Below, piece after piece: positions 28,309 to 38,057 of a stretch of DNA of 64,000 nt. Numbering within the stretch: position 1 is the first letter of the stretch; each line of letters starts with the position of its first letter. The position numbers were made by a program, and so were the translations under genes. Source of the DNA: an uncultured Candidatus Micrarchaeota archaeon (lineage in GTDB: Archaea > Micrarchaeota > Micrarchaeia > Anstonellales > Bilamarchaeaceae); contig OY970229.1 of assembly GCA_963714085.1 (NCBI GenBank), positions 128,001 through 192,000 of the forward strand, written 5' to 3'. The notes beneath the pieces are model-generated. The model did not search any database, was not told the DNA's origin, and worked only from the letters and a program-made list of their open reading frames with translations.

Positions 28309-29418
28309 TCACGGAAGGCAGTTTATCGGCGGCATCTTTCGCGCCGGCTCGAACGAGTCCCCGATCAAGCCTGCGAACACCCGGGCACCTTTGATTTCGA
28401 CGCTACGGAGAACCGAAACCAATGGCGCATCGGCCGGGTTCTTCGGATTCTCCGCGATCCGCTCTATGCCGCGGGCGAAGAGCTCGTTCTCGTATATCCC
28501 GTTCAGCTGGGCCCGCAGGGACGCGAGCTCCTCCAGAGGCAGCTCAGGCACGGAGACCTCGGAGCCGAGGGAGCCGATCAGCCGCTTGAATTCCCGGAGG
28601 CCGCCCAGGACGCCATCGATATTCCCCATGGTGGAATCGACGTATCCCTTGAAATCCACCGAAGGGTCCGGCTTGTCGATCTCGGCGTCGAGGGCCTTGG
28701 TGGATTCGTTCCAGGCCATCAGAAGGTTGCCGGTCCGGACCAGGACCACGGCGCAGGATCGCAATGTTCTGGCATCCATGGACTCGCCACCGGAGTCGTC
28801 TATGGCGTCCATGCGCTCTTTTACCTTATCGTGCGAATCGAAGAAGGCGCGGATCAGCCGGCCTTCGATTTCCATGGAGCTCTTCATGAACACGGAGAAC
28901 GTGTCGAACAGATACCCTTCGAAGACCAGCTCAGACGTGGCGCTGGGCGTGGTCCTGTCCAGGGCTTGGGCAGCACGCTTCCGGTCGTCGCATCCCATGC
29001 GCTCCCAGAGGTAGTGACCCACCTCATGGTCCACGGCGCTGTTTAAGATGCGTTGGTCGTAGGTTATCTCGAAAGACGCGACCCGGCCGTCATCCTTGAA
29101 GCTGATCCGTCCCTCTAAAGACTGGAGCTTTCTGAGGTAAGCGGCCTCGGGCTCAGGCATGCGTCTCAAAATGGAGTCCGAAACCGCCCTCGGGACCAGG
29201 GAGACGGCGGGTATGGCGTCCGCCACCGGCTGGGGCCATCGCCCAAGCTCGCGCTCCACCGAGCCGCCGCGGCGTATGCCCTCGCACCGGGCATGCAGGG
29301 TCCCGAGCTCCTCCCTGATGGACCTTCTCTCCGCCATTATCGAAAGGCATTCGCGGGTCGCGGTAGCGGTAAGCGCCGTGATGGCGACTGCTGCGATGAT
29401 GCGATTGCGCGGCTTCAT
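28309..29418 (-). CDS. Signal-anchored protein with zincin HExxH motif
   Basis: N-terminal hydrophobic segment; HEVGH; distal NELFAR as a possible third ligand. Confidence 0.6.
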   Translation of the reverse strand: MKPRNRIIAAVAITALTATATRECLSIMAERRSIREELGTLHARCEGIRRGGSVERELGRWPQPVADAIPAVSLVPRAVSDSILRRMPEPEAAYLRKLQSLEGRISFKDDGRVASFEITYDQRILNSAVDHEVGHYLWERMGCDDRKRAAQALDRTTPSATSELVFEGYLFDTFSVFMKSSMEIEGRLIRAFFDSHDKVKERMDAIDDSGGESMDARTLRSCAVVLVRTGNLLMAWNESTKALDAEIDKPDPSVDFKGYVDSTMGNIDGVLGGLREFKRLIGSLGSEVSVPELPLEELASLRAQLNGIYENELFARGIERIAENPKNPADAPLVSVLRSVEIKGARVFAGLIGDSFEPARKMPPINCLP

Positions 29419-29456
29419 GCGCTTATATTAATCACGACTATTTATAACTCACGCGG

Positions 29457-30365
29457 CTAGACCACGGTTGTGTAGAACGCATCGTAGCCGATCTTCTTTA
29501 TCGCCCGGATTATCTGCTCCGCGTGCTCCTGGTCCTTGGCCAGCGCGATGCAGCATCCACCGCCGCCCCCGCCCGTCAGTTTGGCGCCGAGCGCGCCGGC
29601 GTCCAGCGCGGCCCTGTTTATCCTGTCGTTGTCCTCGATGGAGACGCCCAGCTCCGAGAGGAGCGACTGGTTCTGGTTCATTATCTTGCCGAACGCCTCG
29701 AGCTTCCCCCTCTCCAGGTCCGCCTTGGCGTTGTGGCAGAGCTCGCGCGCCTCGTCGAGAAGCTGCTGGAACCCGTCCTCGTCCTTCTCCTTGAACTCGT
29801 TGACAAACGCGACCATCTTCGCGGTCGCGCCGAACTTGCCCGTCATGCCCACGGCCAGGTGCAGGGGCAGGCCGAGCTGGAAGCGGTCCAGCACGTTGTC
29901 CGAGTAGGACTTGCCCTTCGTGAACATGATCACTCCCCCGTAGGTCGCCATGGCGTTGTCTATGCCGCTCGGGTTCCCGTGGAACACCTTCTCGCCCTCG
30001 TACGCGAAGCGGTTGACCTGCGCGTCGTTAAGGTCCAGGTGGTGGACATAGGACATGTAGCGGACCAGCGCAACGGAGAACGCCGCGGACGAGCCCAGGC
30101 CCCCGTAGGTCGGCAGGTCGCTCTCCATGAAGACCTTGTACTTCTGCTTTATCCCCATGGCGTCGAGGATCGCGGCTATGGCGCGCCTGCTGATCTCCGG
30201 TACAACGTGGACGTCCGTGGATATGTCGTTGACCTGCGCCTCCTCGGCCCAGACGATCGCGCTGTTGGATATGCCCGCGGCTATCGCCGGGCTTCCGTGC
30301 ACCACGAAGTGCTCCCCGCAGAGTATGATCTTCCCGTAGCCTATGCCTTTGACCATTGTAATCAC
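29457..30365 (-). CDS. mvk: Mevalonate kinase
   Basis: GKIILCGEHFVVHG, GLGSSAA, HGNPSGID, GAKLTGGGGGG. Confidence 0.93.
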   Translation of the reverse strand: MITMVKGIGYGKIILCGEHFVVHGSPAIAAGISNSAIVWAEEAQVNDISTDVHVVPEISRRAIAAILDAMGIKQKYKVFMESDLPTYGGLGSSAAFSVALVRYMSYVHHLDLNDAQVNRFAYEGEKVFHGNPSGIDNAMATYGGVIMFTKGKSYSDNVLDRFQLGLPLHLAVGMTGKFGATAKMVAFVNEFKEKDEDGFQQLLDEARELCHNAKADLERGKLEAFGKIMNQNQSLLSELGVSIEDNDRINRAALDAGALGAKLTGGGGGGCCIALAKDQEHAEQIIRAIKKIGYDAFYTTVV

Positions 30366-31222
30366 GCCTTCGCTTTCCTTCCCCTCACCTTCGGGGGCTT
30401 TATGTCCGGATACGCGGACGAGAGCATCTCCGGGCTCGCGTAGGGCTTGAACCCCACTGTTTCGAACGTCTTGCAGATAACGTACGCGTCTGAGAGCCGC
30501 TCGCCCTTGAGCTCGGGCAGTATCACGCCCAAAGCTTCCACGAGGTTGCCGTAGGCCCTCCTTTTGCCGGACGCGGCCTTCGCGACCAGTGCGTCGTCCT
30601 TGACGGTCCCGCTCAGATCGAACGCCTTGTTCGCGGCGGTGTGGACCGCGCTCGCGAGCAGCGCGGAGACCTCGTAGTCCTTCACGTTATCCAGCCCGAG
30701 CTTCTTGATGCTTATCCAGCTCTTGTACTTGCCTACGAACATGATGACGTCCCCGGCCTCCTCCTTGCTCGGGACGATGGACGTCTTGGCTATGGAATCG
30801 CCCATGCGGAAGCTCACCTTCGCCTCCGTGAGCAGCAGGTTGAAGAAGCAGGATTCGGCTGCAGGGAGTAATTGGATACGACCGGCATAAGCATTAAAAC
30901 TCTTATCCTGGGCGATATTTATCGTCCCCCCATAGACAGGGCCTTGGCAGAATTTTTTCAGTTCCTCCTTGATTTGGCTCTGCGGACGGGATTTCAGGAA
31001 CGCGATGACCGCCTTCAATCCTGTGCCGGACGGCTTGGCGTACGCCCTTATCCCCGCGACGTCTATGCCCGAGAGCGCGAACGCGTAAGGTTCGGCCGCG
31101 TCGCACACCGCGCCCAGCACCTTCGCGACCTCCGAGTCGTCAGCGGACGCGAGCCCGTAGCGCAGCTCCTTCCGAAAATCCTTGTACGCCCCGGAGAGTA
31201 TTATCTCGTCTTCGCCTTCCAT
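30362..31222 (-). CDS. Archaeal hypothetical protein (DUF2666-like)
   Basis: Two similar halves; FVGKYKSWISIKK...EVSALLAS; family name from recall, unverified. Confidence 0.55.
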   Translation of the reverse strand: MEGEDEIILSGAYKDFRKELRYGLASADDSEVAKVLGAVCDAAEPYAFALSGIDVAGIRAYAKPSGTGLKAVIAFLKSRPQSQIKEELKKFCQGPVYGGTINIAQDKSFNAYAGRIQLLPAAESCFFNLLLTEAKVSFRMGDSIAKTSIVPSKEEAGDVIMFVGKYKSWISIKKLGLDNVKDYEVSALLASAVHTAANKAFDLSGTVKDDALVAKAASGKRRAYGNLVEALGVILPELKGERLSDAYVICKTFETVGFKPYASPEMLSSAYPDIKPPKVRGRKAKA

Positions 31223-31331
31223 CTTCCTGCCTCCGAATATGGATAGGAAGATGCCACGCACAATAATAAAAATCTACCCTTATAACAAAGACTGAAACAG
31301 CAGTCCACAGCGAGTGATGGGTTTTATTCAG

Positions 31332-31403
31332 GCCCTCGTAGCGCAGTGGTAGCGCGCGTCCTTGGTAAGGACGAGGTCACGAGTTCAAATCTCGTCGAGG
31401 GCT
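31332..31403 (+). tRNA. tRNA-Thr(GGT)
   Basis: GCCCTCG/CGAGGGC acceptor, CGTCC-TTGGTAA-GGACG anticodon arm, TTCAAAT T-loop. Confidence 0.97.
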
Positions 31404-31479
31404 TACTCCAGAACCAAACATGGGATGTTTTTGTTGGACGGCAGAGAGAAATTAAATATCTTTAGCAAGTAAGGAAAGT

Positions 31480-31839
31480 GTGGAAGAAAAAATTGAAGTG
31501 GCTGCGTTTCTGAAGTTACTCAAGCAGAAAACGAGAGATATAGTGTATACCAGGCACTCAATAGTCCAGGCCAGAAAAAGGAATCTGATCGGGGCAGAAT
31601 TGGATAAGATAGATACGTTTGAATCAGACATCCAGAACACCCCGTATCTTGTTGTTGAGCAAGTCTCTGAACATCCCGATGAGCGCAAGTTTAAGGTCTT
31701 CTATCGGTCGCCAGTCGGGGGATTCTTATGCTATGTGTTTGCGTTGGACGGGCAGATACGCGTTATAACTGCGCGCAGGGAAACGAAAAGCCTGCAAAAG
31801 AAGATTTTTAAAATAGAAAAGGAGAAAGGATATAGATGA
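31480..31839 (+). CDS. Putative toxin (DUF4258/BrnT-like RNase fold)
   Basis: YTRHS...R, IRVITAR; AT-rich; overlaps the DUF2283-like gene. Confidence 0.6.
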   Translation: MEEKIEVAAFLKLLKQKTRDIVYTRHSIVQARKRNLIGAELDKIDTFESDIQNTPYLVVEQVSEHPDERKFKVFYRSPVGGFLCYVFALDGQIRVITARRETKSLQKKIFKIEKEKGYR

Positions 31840-32165
31840 TGAAAAACATAGAGTATGATTCCGATGCTGATGCGATCGCAGTACACGTAAGAAGGGAAAA
31901 ATCAGACATAACCGCAGAGCTAACTGAGCACATCTCAATAGATATGACTAACGGCGGGAAGGTTGTTGGTCTTGAGATACTGGATGCAAGTGAAGAGATT
32001 TCAAAACTGTTCGGCAGGATTGTCGGTAAAAAGGAAATCCAGCACCTATTGTGCCAGGTAATCCAAAAACCCAACGACCAGTATCTGGTACAGTTCAAAT
32101 CGCCCCAAAACAACCAGCTCGCTAATTTGTTGATTCCATTATACCGGAGCCCTTTAATCGCATAG
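31836..32165 (+). CDS. DUF2283 family protein, putative antitoxin
   Basis: YDSDADAIAV...ID...GKVVGLEILDAS. Confidence 0.85.
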   Translation: MMKNIEYDSDADAIAVHVRREKSDITAELTEHISIDMTNGGKVVGLEILDASEEISKLFGRIVGKKEIQHLLCQVIQKPNDQYLVQFKSPQNNQLANLLIPLYRSPLIA

Positions 32166-32198
32166 ATTTCCATCGCACGAACAAGGAACTTGAACCCG

Positions 32199-32228
32199 GA
32201 GTACATATTCCGTCGAGGGCTTTTTCCA
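32199..32228 (+). repeat. Degenerate copy of the tRNA-Thr 3' end (att-like)
   Basis: 24/30 identical to 31381-31410, with a 12-bp exact core CGTCGAGGGCTT. Confidence 0.75.
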
Positions 32229-32301
32229 TTCAAACCCCGTATTTTCCGGCATGACGAACCATTTTAAACACTAAAAGCCATAATGGCATACGTGAACTTG
32301 A

Positions 32302-32859
32302 ATGAAAACACTGGCCATAAAGCGTGATCCGTTCAAAGCGCCCAAGGGGATGGAGAGCGTATACGCGATCGTGCGCCAGCAGCAGAAGCGCGAGATGCTG
32401 CGCCTCGAGCCCGAGGCGCGCCTCGAATGCGCGCTGGCGGAGAGGCAGCTTGGAGACGCGGCGGCGGCAGAGCGGAAAAGCGCCGCGAAGACCCTCGGGA
32501 AGCTGCGTTATCTGCATTCTTTCGAGCCGCTCCTGCATGCCCTCGCAAGAGAAAACGCGCCGGGCGACGAAGGCCGGGCGGTGAAGGCCGCCATGCTCAA
32601 GGCCCTCCGGAACATCGGTTCCGACCATTGCTGCCATATTGCGCTGGAGGTCGGGCGCGTGCCGCTCAGGGACTTCGCCATGGCGCACCTGGACGACCAC
32701 GTGCTCGTGGGAAGCGCCCTCAATGCACTGGCATCGACCTGCTTGAGGTGCGAATCGCTCGCGGACATGGAAAAAGTCATGAAGGCCGCGGATGAGAAAG
32801 GATATAGAGAGACCGGTATCGCGGCGGGCAGCATCTGGCTCGATACTTTGAGAGACTGA
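32302..32859 (+). CDS. HEAT-like repeat protein
   Basis: RKSAAKTLGKLR...EPLLHALARE...VKAAMLKAL..IG. Confidence 0.75.
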   Translation: MKTLAIKRDPFKAPKGMESVYAIVRQQQKREMLRLEPEARLECALAERQLGDAAAAERKSAAKTLGKLRYLHSFEPLLHALARENAPGDEGRAVKAAMLKALRNIGSDHCCHIALEVGRVPLRDFAMAHLDDHVLVGSALNALASTCLRCESLADMEKVMKAADEKGYRETGIAAGSIWLDTLRD

Positions 32860-32864
32860 TACCT

Positions 32865-33905
32865 ATGCCAACTTCATCCTTCAGACATCCCGGGCCCAAA
32901 TCCCCTCCACCGATCGGATTGGAGCGCGAGCGCGCGATCCTGCGCTATGCGCACGAGCGGGAGATGTGCCGGCTCCAGGGCCGGAACGGGATCTTGCAGG
33001 TCCGGGCGCAGAACAGGCTGTGGAGCGGAGTGGCGGCAGCGCGGAAGAGCGCCGCCAGGATCCTCGGGCGCCTGCGTTTCATCTATTCCTACGAGCCGCT
33101 CGTACAAGCCCTCGCCCGCGAATGCAAGTCCGGCGACGAAGGCAGCGCAGTGAAGGCCGCGATGCTGAAAAGCCTTGACAAGATCGGCTCCGAGCACTGC
33201 GGCCAGAAGACGCTCACTACCGGGCGCGAGCCGCTCAACGAGTTCATCATGGCGCACCTGGACGACCACGTGCTCGTGAGAGCCGCCCTCAAGGCGTTGA
33301 GATGGACCGGCTCATTCGACGATACGATCCAGGACACGCGCAGTATCGAGGAGGCGGCCAGGGCTGCAGGATACGAAAAGAGCGCCGGTGTCGCGAGCAA
33401 GATCTATCTCGGCCGGATAGAGGCTGGGGCTGAGCTCACCCGGGCAGAGGCGGAGGTTTTACTTAGAAGCGCCGTGGCGGCAGAACGGAAGCGCGCCGCG
33501 AACAACCTCGGGCGACTGCATGATCTCCGTTCCTACCAACCGCTGCTCAATGCCCTTGCCCAGGAAAGCGGGCCCGCCTTCGGAAACCGGGAGGTGAAGG
33601 CCGCCATACTGGAAGCGCTTGAGAGCATCGGCGGAGAGCACGCCGGCCAGGCGGCGCTCGGTGCAGGGCGTGAGCCGCTCAAGAGGTTCAGCATGGCGCA
33701 CCTGGACGACGCCGGACTGGTGAGGGCCGCCTTGGAAGCGTCGGGATGGACGGTTTCCATCACGGGGGACGCGATCCACGACCTGGACGAGGTCAAGGAA
33801 GCGGCGAGAAGCGCTGCAGCCAAAGGTGGCCCAGATGCGGAAAAATACAGGGCGACTGCCACTGAGGCAACAGATATCTATTTCGACTGGATAAGATCCC
33901 GCTGA
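32865..33905 (+). CDS. HEAT-like repeat protein carrying two copies of the module
   Basis: Same module twice (AHLDD motif in each). Confidence 0.75.
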   Translation: MPTSSFRHPGPKSPPPIGLERERAILRYAHEREMCRLQGRNGILQVRAQNRLWSGVAAARKSAARILGRLRFIYSYEPLVQALARECKSGDEGSAVKAAMLKSLDKIGSEHCGQKTLTTGREPLNEFIMAHLDDHVLVRAALKALRWTGSFDDTIQDTRSIEEAARAAGYEKSAGVASKIYLGRIEAGAELTRAEAEVLLRSAVAAERKRAANNLGRLHDLRSYQPLLNALAQESGPAFGNREVKAAILEALESIGGEHAGQAALGAGREPLKRFSMAHLDDAGLVRAALEASGWTVSITGDAIHDLDEVKEAARSAAAKGGPDAEKYRATATEATDIYFDWIRSR

Positions 33906-33981
33906 GACGCCCCGGGGCTTGGCCCGTCAAGAACGCAAGGTATTTAAACACCAAAAGCCATAATAACATACGTGATAATGA

Positions 33982-34533
33982 ATGGGACAGGTAGCCGTCA
34001 AACGTCGTGAATCCAGAACGCCGCCTCCTGAAGGATTGGCGCGCGCGATTCTGCGCGCACAACAAGAGCGGCAGCTGCGGCGCCTGGAGCCCGATGCGGG
34101 AGTTCAACGTGCCGGGGCCGAGAGCCTGCTGAAAGAAGGCACGACTGCGCAAAGGATAAGCGCCGCGGCCAGCCTCGGGAATCTGCGTTTTCTCTGCTCT
34201 TTCGAGCCCCTGCTCAATGCCCTCGCACGCGAAAGCGAACCTGGCTTCGGAGACCGGAGGGTGAAAACCGCCATACTCCAGGCTCTTGATAATGTCGGTT
34301 CCGAGCACGCCGGCCAGACGGCGCTCAGGACAGGGCATGAGCAGCTCAGGGGATTCATCAATGCGCATCTGTCCGACCCTGAACTCGTGGGAAAGGCCAT
34401 GAAGGCGTTGGCATGGACTGGCAACAGGGCGGAGTCTATCCACGACGCGGACGACATCAAAAAGGCGGCTAGGAAGGCCGGATATAAAAGTACCGCCAGT
34501 GCGGCGAGCGCCGCCTATTTCAGCAGGATATGA
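33982..34533 (+). CDS. HEAT-like repeat protein
   Basis: Same module; upstream 33943-33984 is 36/42 identical to 32263-32304. Confidence 0.75.
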   Translation: MGQVAVKRRESRTPPPEGLARAILRAQQERQLRRLEPDAGVQRAGAESLLKEGTTAQRISAAASLGNLRFLCSFEPLLNALARESEPGFGDRRVKTAILQALDNVGSEHAGQTALRTGHEQLRGFINAHLSDPELVGKAMKALAWTGNRAESIHDADDIKKAARKAGYKSTASAASAAYFSRI

Positions 34534-35474
34534 GCCGATTCCGGCTTGCCGCCTGCGCTCCGCATGATATCGAATATCCTTTTCTTCACTTCGTCATAGC
34601 CCACGGCAAGGAGGAATCTGTCGACTACTTCTGCCTTGAATTGCGCGCCGCGCTCACTCCGCGCGTCTTCCATGGCATCATCGAAAGATTTCACGCCGTG
34701 GTCGTATATCCTGTCGGACGTCATGGTGTCCAGGGCATCGCAAAAGCAGGTGATTGACGCACCGATGGATATGCCGCCTCTCTTGATCTTGCCCGGATAC
34801 CCTTCACCATCATCCCTCTCATGATGGTGTAAAACGATGTCGGCTATCGTGTCACGGTGCGCGGGATCGATGCCGGCAAGCGAAGCGAAGACCGCGAGCA
34901 GGATGGCCCCGCCATAAATCGGATGCATGTTGATGATGCTGATTTGCGGTTTTGTCAGCGTTTCATCCTCGCGCAGGATGTGCCCCGGCACCGCAGCCTT
35001 CCCGATGTCGTGCATCAGAGCCCCGAGCAGCTGCAAGGCGCGTTCCGACTCGTTCACAGACATCTGGTCCAGCAGCATCTCGGCGTATTGCATGGTGCGG
35101 TGCTGATGGCCGTAATAGCCGAAGCACGTCCTTTCAGCGATGTCTAGAAGCGGGATCAGCAGTTTGGCTGCCGCATCGACCGTCCTTTCGTCCCAGATGG
35201 TATCGCCCAGTGCGCGGAAATCATGGTCCATGGCTCCGAGAATGGGCAGCCTGCTGCTCATGGCCTTGGAGATGAACCCGCTGTTCCTGCCCCTGTCGCC
35301 CCTCTTGGTGAGCCAGGTCGTGTCATCTGCGTTCTCCCTGACACCCGGGATCTGTTTAGCCTGGACGATGCGGATGACGGGCTCGACCAGACCAGCGAAG
35401 TCCGTCGAGATCTTCTGTCCCATGGTTTCCATGGTTTTAAGATTCGGACGGGAGGGCTTCTGTGAAACGCGCAT
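34515..35474 (-). CDS. HD-GYP domain protein
   Basis: HDIGK, HPIYG, HHERDDGEGYP, CDALDTMTSDRIY, GAQF. Confidence 0.88.
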   Translation of the reverse strand: MRVSQKPSRPNLKTMETMGQKISTDFAGLVEPVIRIVQAKQIPGVRENADDTTWLTKRGDRGRNSGFISKAMSSRLPILGAMDHDFRALGDTIWDERTVDAAAKLLIPLLDIAERTCFGYYGHQHRTMQYAEMLLDQMSVNESERALQLLGALMHDIGKAAVPGHILREDETLTKPQISIINMHPIYGGAILLAVFASLAGIDPAHRDTIADIVLHHHERDDGEGYPGKIKRGGISIGASITCFCDALDTMTSDRIYDHGVKSFDDAMEDARSERGAQFKAEVVDRFLLAVGYDEVKKRIFDIMRSAGGKPESAHILLK

Positions 35475-35577
35475 CTGTCTGCACCTGGGCCATATGGTGT
35501 TTTATAGTAAATAAATGTGTAATAGTATTTTTAAAGTAGTGGGGTGATGCATGCCTGGGAGGCGTGCCGCGCCGAGC

Positions 35578-36549
35578 TCACTGCACGAGCTCGTACACCA
35601 CGGTGATGGAGCTGCTCATCTGCGTGGTGGTCGGGAAGATCTCGGTCGGCACTGCGGGAGGCGCTGCGGTCCCTGCGGACTGATACGCGTAGACCGGATA
35701 TACCGGGTAGTAGTTCGGGTTCACGGAGATTATCTTGCCGAGGCTCGCGCCCAGCCCGCTGGCGATGTCCTCCCCCTTGGTCTTGGCGTTCGCCGCGGCC
35801 TCTGCCTGGAGCTCGGAATCCACCGTATTGCTCATCGCGTCGCTCACGGAGAAGTAAACGTAATCCACGGATGTCGAGTTCGAGGCTTTCAGCGCGGCGT
35901 CCACATATGCGCCGCCATCGCTCGTATTCGCGCTCTGGACCTCTATGGACTGGACGGTCTCGTATCCGACTATCGCGCAGCTGCCCAGGGTCTGGCATGG
36001 AACTGGCGGAGACGGTACTGGATAACCCGGGGAGACTATCACTCCGGAAGATGTCGTGCCTGAGGCTCCGGAAGAGGTGCCGGTTCCAGAGACGGCTTCG
36101 GGCACCGGAGCGGAACCTTCGCTCGCGCCGTTCGACGGGACAGCCACTCCGCTGCCGTACGAGTAGTATTGCTGGGTGTAGCAGGAGGAGCAGGACTGGT
36201 TGTAGACCGGGGACGTGTAATACGAGACGGTCTGTATCTCCGACTCGTTCAATCCGGCAGCGAGCAGGGTCGCCTTCACCGCCGCGGTCTGCGCGGCGTT
36301 GTCCGACTGCGAGCTCGATGTGTCGTTATCGATAGTGGTTATCGTCAGCCCGACGTCGATGACGTCCGGGGACACGGTCTGCGACGCCTCGCCGGTGACG
36401 GTTATCGTCGCCGGCTGCGCGCTCAGGTTCGTCTGGTTGGCTGGCGGGACAACAATTGTGGCCGGAGCCTTGGCCAGGTAATAAGTGAGCCCTGCGGTCA
36501 GCAGGACGACAATTATGATCCCCACGACAAGCATCGAGTTTTCAGCCAT
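35578..36549 (-). CDS. SIMPL (DUF541) domain protein
   Basis: N-terminal TM, TITVTGEA...PD, IQT...P.Y, AKTK...IA..LG..LG. Confidence 0.85.
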   Translation of the reverse strand: MAENSMLVVGIIIVVLLTAGLTYYLAKAPATIVVPPANQTNLSAQPATITVTGEASQTVSPDVIDVGLTITTIDNDTSSSQSDNAAQTAAVKATLLAAGLNESEIQTVSYYTSPVYNQSCSSCYTQQYYSYGSGVAVPSNGASEGSAPVPEAVSGTGTSSGASGTTSSGVIVSPGYPVPSPPVPCQTLGSCAIVGYETVQSIEVQSANTSDGGAYVDAALKASNSTSVDYVYFSVSDAMSNTVDSELQAEAAANAKTKGEDIASGLGASLGKIISVNPNYYPVYPVYAYQSAGTAAPPAVPTEIFPTTTQMSSSITVVYELVQ

Positions 36550-36620
36550 TTTTATCTCCGCATGGCTAACGCAGCGGATATTTAAATGATGAAGGAATTG
36601 CTTCGGCCGGCGCCGAAAGC

Positions 36621-37589
36621 CTAGTCCGCGATGGAGATGTACCCGTCTTCGGCCAGCTTCTTAAGCTCGACGCGGATCGCGTGCATGAGGAACGCGTGCT
36701 TCGTTCCGAGCTCGTCCGCTGGCGCGTTGTCGAGGGAGCGGTTGTCGCTCAGCATGCTGTACGCGCTTGCGAGATGGCCCAGCGCATCGACGCATACGAC
36801 CAGTTGCGGAATCGGCGTGCTCAGGTGCTCAGCCAGGATCGCATGGATCTCGCCCTGCGCGGCCGAATCGACCTTGTCGGGGTCCTTGTGAAGCGCTTCG
36901 ATTCTCGCTAACGCGCTCGCCATCCTCGGGTCGTCCAGCTCGTCGATCGCCGCCCAGAGCTCGCGCATCTTGGCTGTGGTCCTTGCCACGGCGTGCCGCG
37001 CGGTCAGTTCCCGCAGCTCCACGAGCGCGGCCCGGTACTCGTCCGGGACCAGCTCAGGCGCGATGCGGAGCGACTTGTGAAAGAGGTACTCAAGTACCGC
37101 GGCTGCATCCCTCGCCAGCGGCTCTATATCCGGATAGGGCTGCGGCGCCTCTCTCCTCGCCTGTGCTTCCAGCACCTGCAGGGGGATCGGGAACACCCGC
37201 TCTTCGCCCATCTCATGGTCGTGCCAGCTTATTATCTCCTCCTCGAGGTGCCTGAGCAGGCCGTCGCCTTTCAGTTCCGAGGGGACCGTGAACGTGTGGC
37301 CGATGGAATCGTGGAGGTAAACGAACTTGTGGATCCCGGCGCCTTCCTGGGCATCGGATACGATGCCCTGGTCGTGAAGGATGCCGACGCTCCCCGGGCC
37401 ATCGAATACTATGCTCCGGTCGTGAAGCTCCTTCACACAGACGCCGAGCCTGCCTTTCAGCGGGTCCTCGCCGATGCGCTCTTTTATGACGCTCACGGCG
37501 TCTCCCACTGGATCAGGATGCTGGAGCATGGACTCGGGCAGCCGTATCAATACGAGTTCGCCCCTGACTGTGACCGGGAATGAGACCAT
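36621..37589 (-). CDS. Hypothetical protein
   Basis: 322-aa ORF. Confidence 0.6.
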   Translation of the reverse strand: MVSFPVTVRGELVLIRLPESMLQHPDPVGDAVSVIKERIGEDPLKGRLGVCVKELHDRSIVFDGPGSVGILHDQGIVSDAQEGAGIHKFVYLHDSIGHTFTVPSELKGDGLLRHLEEEIISWHDHEMGEERVFPIPLQVLEAQARREAPQPYPDIEPLARDAAAVLEYLFHKSLRIAPELVPDEYRAALVELRELTARHAVARTTAKMRELWAAIDELDDPRMASALARIEALHKDPDKVDSAAQGEIHAILAEHLSTPIPQLVVCVDALGHLASAYSMLSDNRSLDNAPADELGTKHAFLMHAIRVELKKLAEDGYISIAD

Positions 37590-37993
37590 GGGCTCAGTGT
37601 CTTCGGGCCGGTTGCTCTGGAAGGGCTCTTTGTCCAGGCGGTGATGTCCAGCCTGCGGAACGCCAGGCCCAGCGCCTCCTTTATGGTCGTGGGCTGCGGC
37701 TCGGGCTCCGCCGGCTTCTGTGTTTGGGCCAGTCCGCCCGCCAGCCGGACGAGCGCGTCCATATGCTTGGCCCTGGCCTCGGAGGCCTCGGCTGCGAAAT
37801 CGCGAATTATCAGGCTTTTCACCACCTGGTTCTCGTCCGGCCTGAGCTTCTGCGGCTCGCCGGGCTGCGGCTCCTGCCCTGCGAACGGCGACCTGCCGTT
37901 GGATTCCGGGGCAGTGACCACTATGCCGATTATCGTGCTCTTTTTTACATATGGTCCCGATGGTACGTCTGGGGATTTTCTTTGTTCTGCCAT
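37547..37993 (-). CDS. Hypothetical Pro-rich protein
   Basis: 148-aa ORF; TTTAAATA upstream; overlaps the next ORF by 43 bp. Confidence 0.45.
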   Translation of the reverse strand: MAEQRKSPDVPSGPYVKKSTIIGIVVTAPESNGRSPFAGQEPQPGEPQKLRPDENQVVKSLIIRDFAAEASEARAKHMDALVRLAGGLAQTQKPAEPEPQPTTIKEALGLAFRRLDITAWTKSPSRATGPKTLSPWSHSRSQSGANSY

Positions 37994-38057
37994 GTTCTCG
38001 CTTCGGCCCTGGGCGGGCCGTATGCTAAGATATGGCAGTTCATGTATTTAAATGTAT

